The position numbers and the translations under genes were made by a program. Shown piece by piece: positions 62,444-64,000 of a stretch of 64,000 bases of DNA (position 1 is its first letter; each line of letters opens with the position of its first letter). Location: assembly GCA_903835065.1 (NCBI GenBank), contig CAILLO010000006.1, positions 4,839 through 68,838 on the forward strand. Reading direction: 5' to 3'. The DNA is from an uncultured Eubacteriales bacterium. GTDB taxonomy: Bacteria; Bacillota; Clostridia; Saccharofermentanales; UBA5734. Below the pieces are notes generated by a model. It made no database searches. It saw nothing but the letters and a program-made list of their open reading frames with translations, and was not told the DNA's origin.

Positions 62444-63823
62444 ATGGAAGACTTCGAACCCGTCGAGACCCCGACCCCCCCGGTCGCCAAGCGCCGCCCG
62501 CTGTTCCGGAAGGACGTCCTTTCGGCTATCCTGCGTCTGTCCTGGCCCGCCGTCCTCGAACAGGTCCTGCTGATGATGGGCGGGCTGGTCGTGACGATGT
62601 TCCTCGGCAAGCGCGGCAATGCGGAGCTCGCCGCCGCGGCGCTCGTGAACATGGTCGTCGTCGTGCAGCAGACGGCGTTCGCCGGCCTCGCGACCGGCGC
62701 GACCGTCATCATCGCCCGCGTGATCGGCGAGGGCGACGACCGCAAGGCGCGAAGCGCTCTCTTCCAGGCGCTGGTGATGGGCCTCGCGATTTCCGGGGCC
62801 ATCACGGTCCTGACCTATCTGTTCGCGGATCCGATCCTGTCGGTCTTCTTCGGCCCCAACAGCGCGGACGCCGCCGCCCTCGCCCCCTCCTACTTCCGCA
62901 TCCTGCTCTACGCGATGCCGTTCATGGTCCTCGACATGACCATCGCCGCGTCGATGCGCGGCGCCGGCGACACCGCCACCCCGATGGTCGTCTCCGGGAT
63001 CGGCGCCGCCCTCAACGTCGGGCTGTGCTTCCTGCTGATCGGGCCGATGGGCATCGTCGGCGCCGGCATCGCCCTGACCGTCTCGCGCATCACGACCGCC
63101 GCGCTGCGCGTGACCCTGATGTTCGCCTACCGGAAGGTCCTGTATCTCCTGCCGCGGGAGCGCTACCGCATCGACCGCGTCCTGATGGCCCGCATCTTCC
63201 GCCAGGGACTGCCGGCTTTCCTCGAGCAGGCCGTCATGCAGGGCGGTTTCCTCATGATGAGCTGGCTCCTGACCGGCCTCGGCACCGCGGAGTACGATTC
63301 GTGGCAGGTCGGCGTCAACATGAACTCGATGGCCTTCATGCCCATCTTCGGCCTCGCCGTCGCGACGACCACATACGTGGGCCAGGCCCTCGGCGCCGGC
63401 CGCCTCGAGGACGCCGCCGACGGCGTCAAGGAATCCGTCCGCGTCGCGGTCGTGACGATCACCCTGCTCGGCATTCTCGCCGCGGTCTTCGCGGACCCGA
63501 TCGCCCGGATGTTCACGAACGACCCCGAGGTCGTCCGCAAGGGCGTCGAGCTGATCCGCTTCTTCGCCGTCCTCGAGCCTCTGCTGGCCATCATGAACGT
63601 CTGCGCGGGCACTCTGCGCGCCGGCGGCGACATCATCTTCGTCACCTGGACCGCGTTCGTCGGACTCTGGGTGTTCCGCGTCCTCGTATCCTTCCTGATG
63701 ATCCGCTTCGTCGGGCTCGGCCTCGAGGGCGTCATGGTCGGTACCGCGATGGACTTCGTCGCGCGCGCCGCGCTCTACGGCCAGCGGGTCCGGCGAGGCC
63801 GGTGGAAGCACAAGCGGGTCTAG
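62444..63823 (+). CDS. MATE family multidrug efflux transporter (NorM/DinF-like)
   Basis: 459 aa and 12 TMs, with a MATE family pattern. Confidence 0.85.
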   Translation: MEDFEPVETPTPPVAKRRPLFRKDVLSAILRLSWPAVLEQVLLMMGGLVVTMFLGKRGNAELAAAALVNMVVVVQQTAFAGLATGATVIIARVIGEGDDRKARSALFQALVMGLAISGAITVLTYLFADPILSVFFGPNSADAAALAPSYFRILLYAMPFMVLDMTIAASMRGAGDTATPMVVSGIGAALNVGLCFLLIGPMGIVGAGIALTVSRITTAALRVTLMFAYRKVLYLLPRERYRIDRVLMARIFRQGLPAFLEQAVMQGGFLMMSWLLTGLGTAEYDSWQVGVNMNSMAFMPIFGLAVATTTYVGQALGAGRLEDAADGVKESVRVAVVTITLLGILAAVFADPIARMFTNDPEVVRKGVELIRFFAVLEPLLAIMNVCAGTLRAGGDIIFVTWTAFVGLWVFRVLVSFLMIRFVGLGLEGVMVGTAMDFVARAALYGQRVRRGRWKHKRV

Positions 63824-63894
63824 TCTGCGACGCCTGGCCGGGGTGACGCTTCAAGCGTTCTAGTACAACGTTTTGCAGATGAATATGCAAATCA

Positions 63895-64000
63895 TCAAAC
63901 GGCCACCTCGTCCATCTTGTACTTCCAGCGGTAGATCACGGGTTGAGCATTGATCTCATCCATGTACTGATAGATACGCTGGACCAACTCTTCCTTTGTA
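63895..64000 (-). mobile_element. 3' end of an IS630-family-like transposase gene (partial, runs off the window) in a low-GC segment
   Basis: The minus strand encodes ...KEELVQRIYQYMDEINAQPVIYRWKYKMDEVAV*, which fits the IS630/Tc1 C-terminal pattern (..Y....N..PkPf.WtyK). GC drops from about 70% to about 45% from about 63850 onward. Confidence 0.5.

Overview
This is a 64 kb window of high-GC (about 70%) bacterial chromosome. It is densely coding and has a Gram-positive-type envelope signature: lipobox lipoproteins, an LCP protein and a BlaI/BlaR1 pair. Gene content is mostly core or accessory metabolism and stress response rather than one obvious mobile island.

Main modules, in order along the window:
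- A polyphosphate cluster: a small Lys-rich protein, ppk1, an HD-domain ppx, a SixA-like phosphatase and a CYTH-CHAD protein, with ppk2 convergent to it.
- An RpiR-controlled sugar isomerase and Gfo/Idh/MocA dehydrogenase operon.
- A complete kdpFABC-kdpDE potassium-uptake locus.
- A degraded aldo/keto reductase pseudogene.
- A cadC/cadA-type metal-efflux pair with a textbook 12-2-12 operator.
- A hemerythrin-fprA nitrosative-stress operon with a CRP/FNR-like site at about -41.5.
- Esterases and a GH3 beta-glucosidase.
- An LCP gene divergent from a blaI-blaR1 pair, with blaR1 truncated.
- An Amt-GlnK fusion transporter preceded by a consensus promoter, a dual-terminator leader and a small membrane ORF.
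- A yitJ-like bifunctional HMT-MTHFR gene.
- An M42 peptidase, FAD-oxidoreductase, ferredoxin and NagB-like cluster.
- A flotillin gene.
- A MacA/MacB-type efflux system.
- A lipoprotein, FTR1 iron permease and UvsE-DUF1722 fusion.
- Enolase.
- A heterodimeric ABC exporter divergent from a MATE pump, with a triple tandem repeat in the shared promoter.
- At the 3' edge, an abrupt drop in GC and the 3' end of an IS630-like transposase.

No CRISPR array, rRNA or tRNA was seen. The many long antisense ORFs in the track are GC artefacts.
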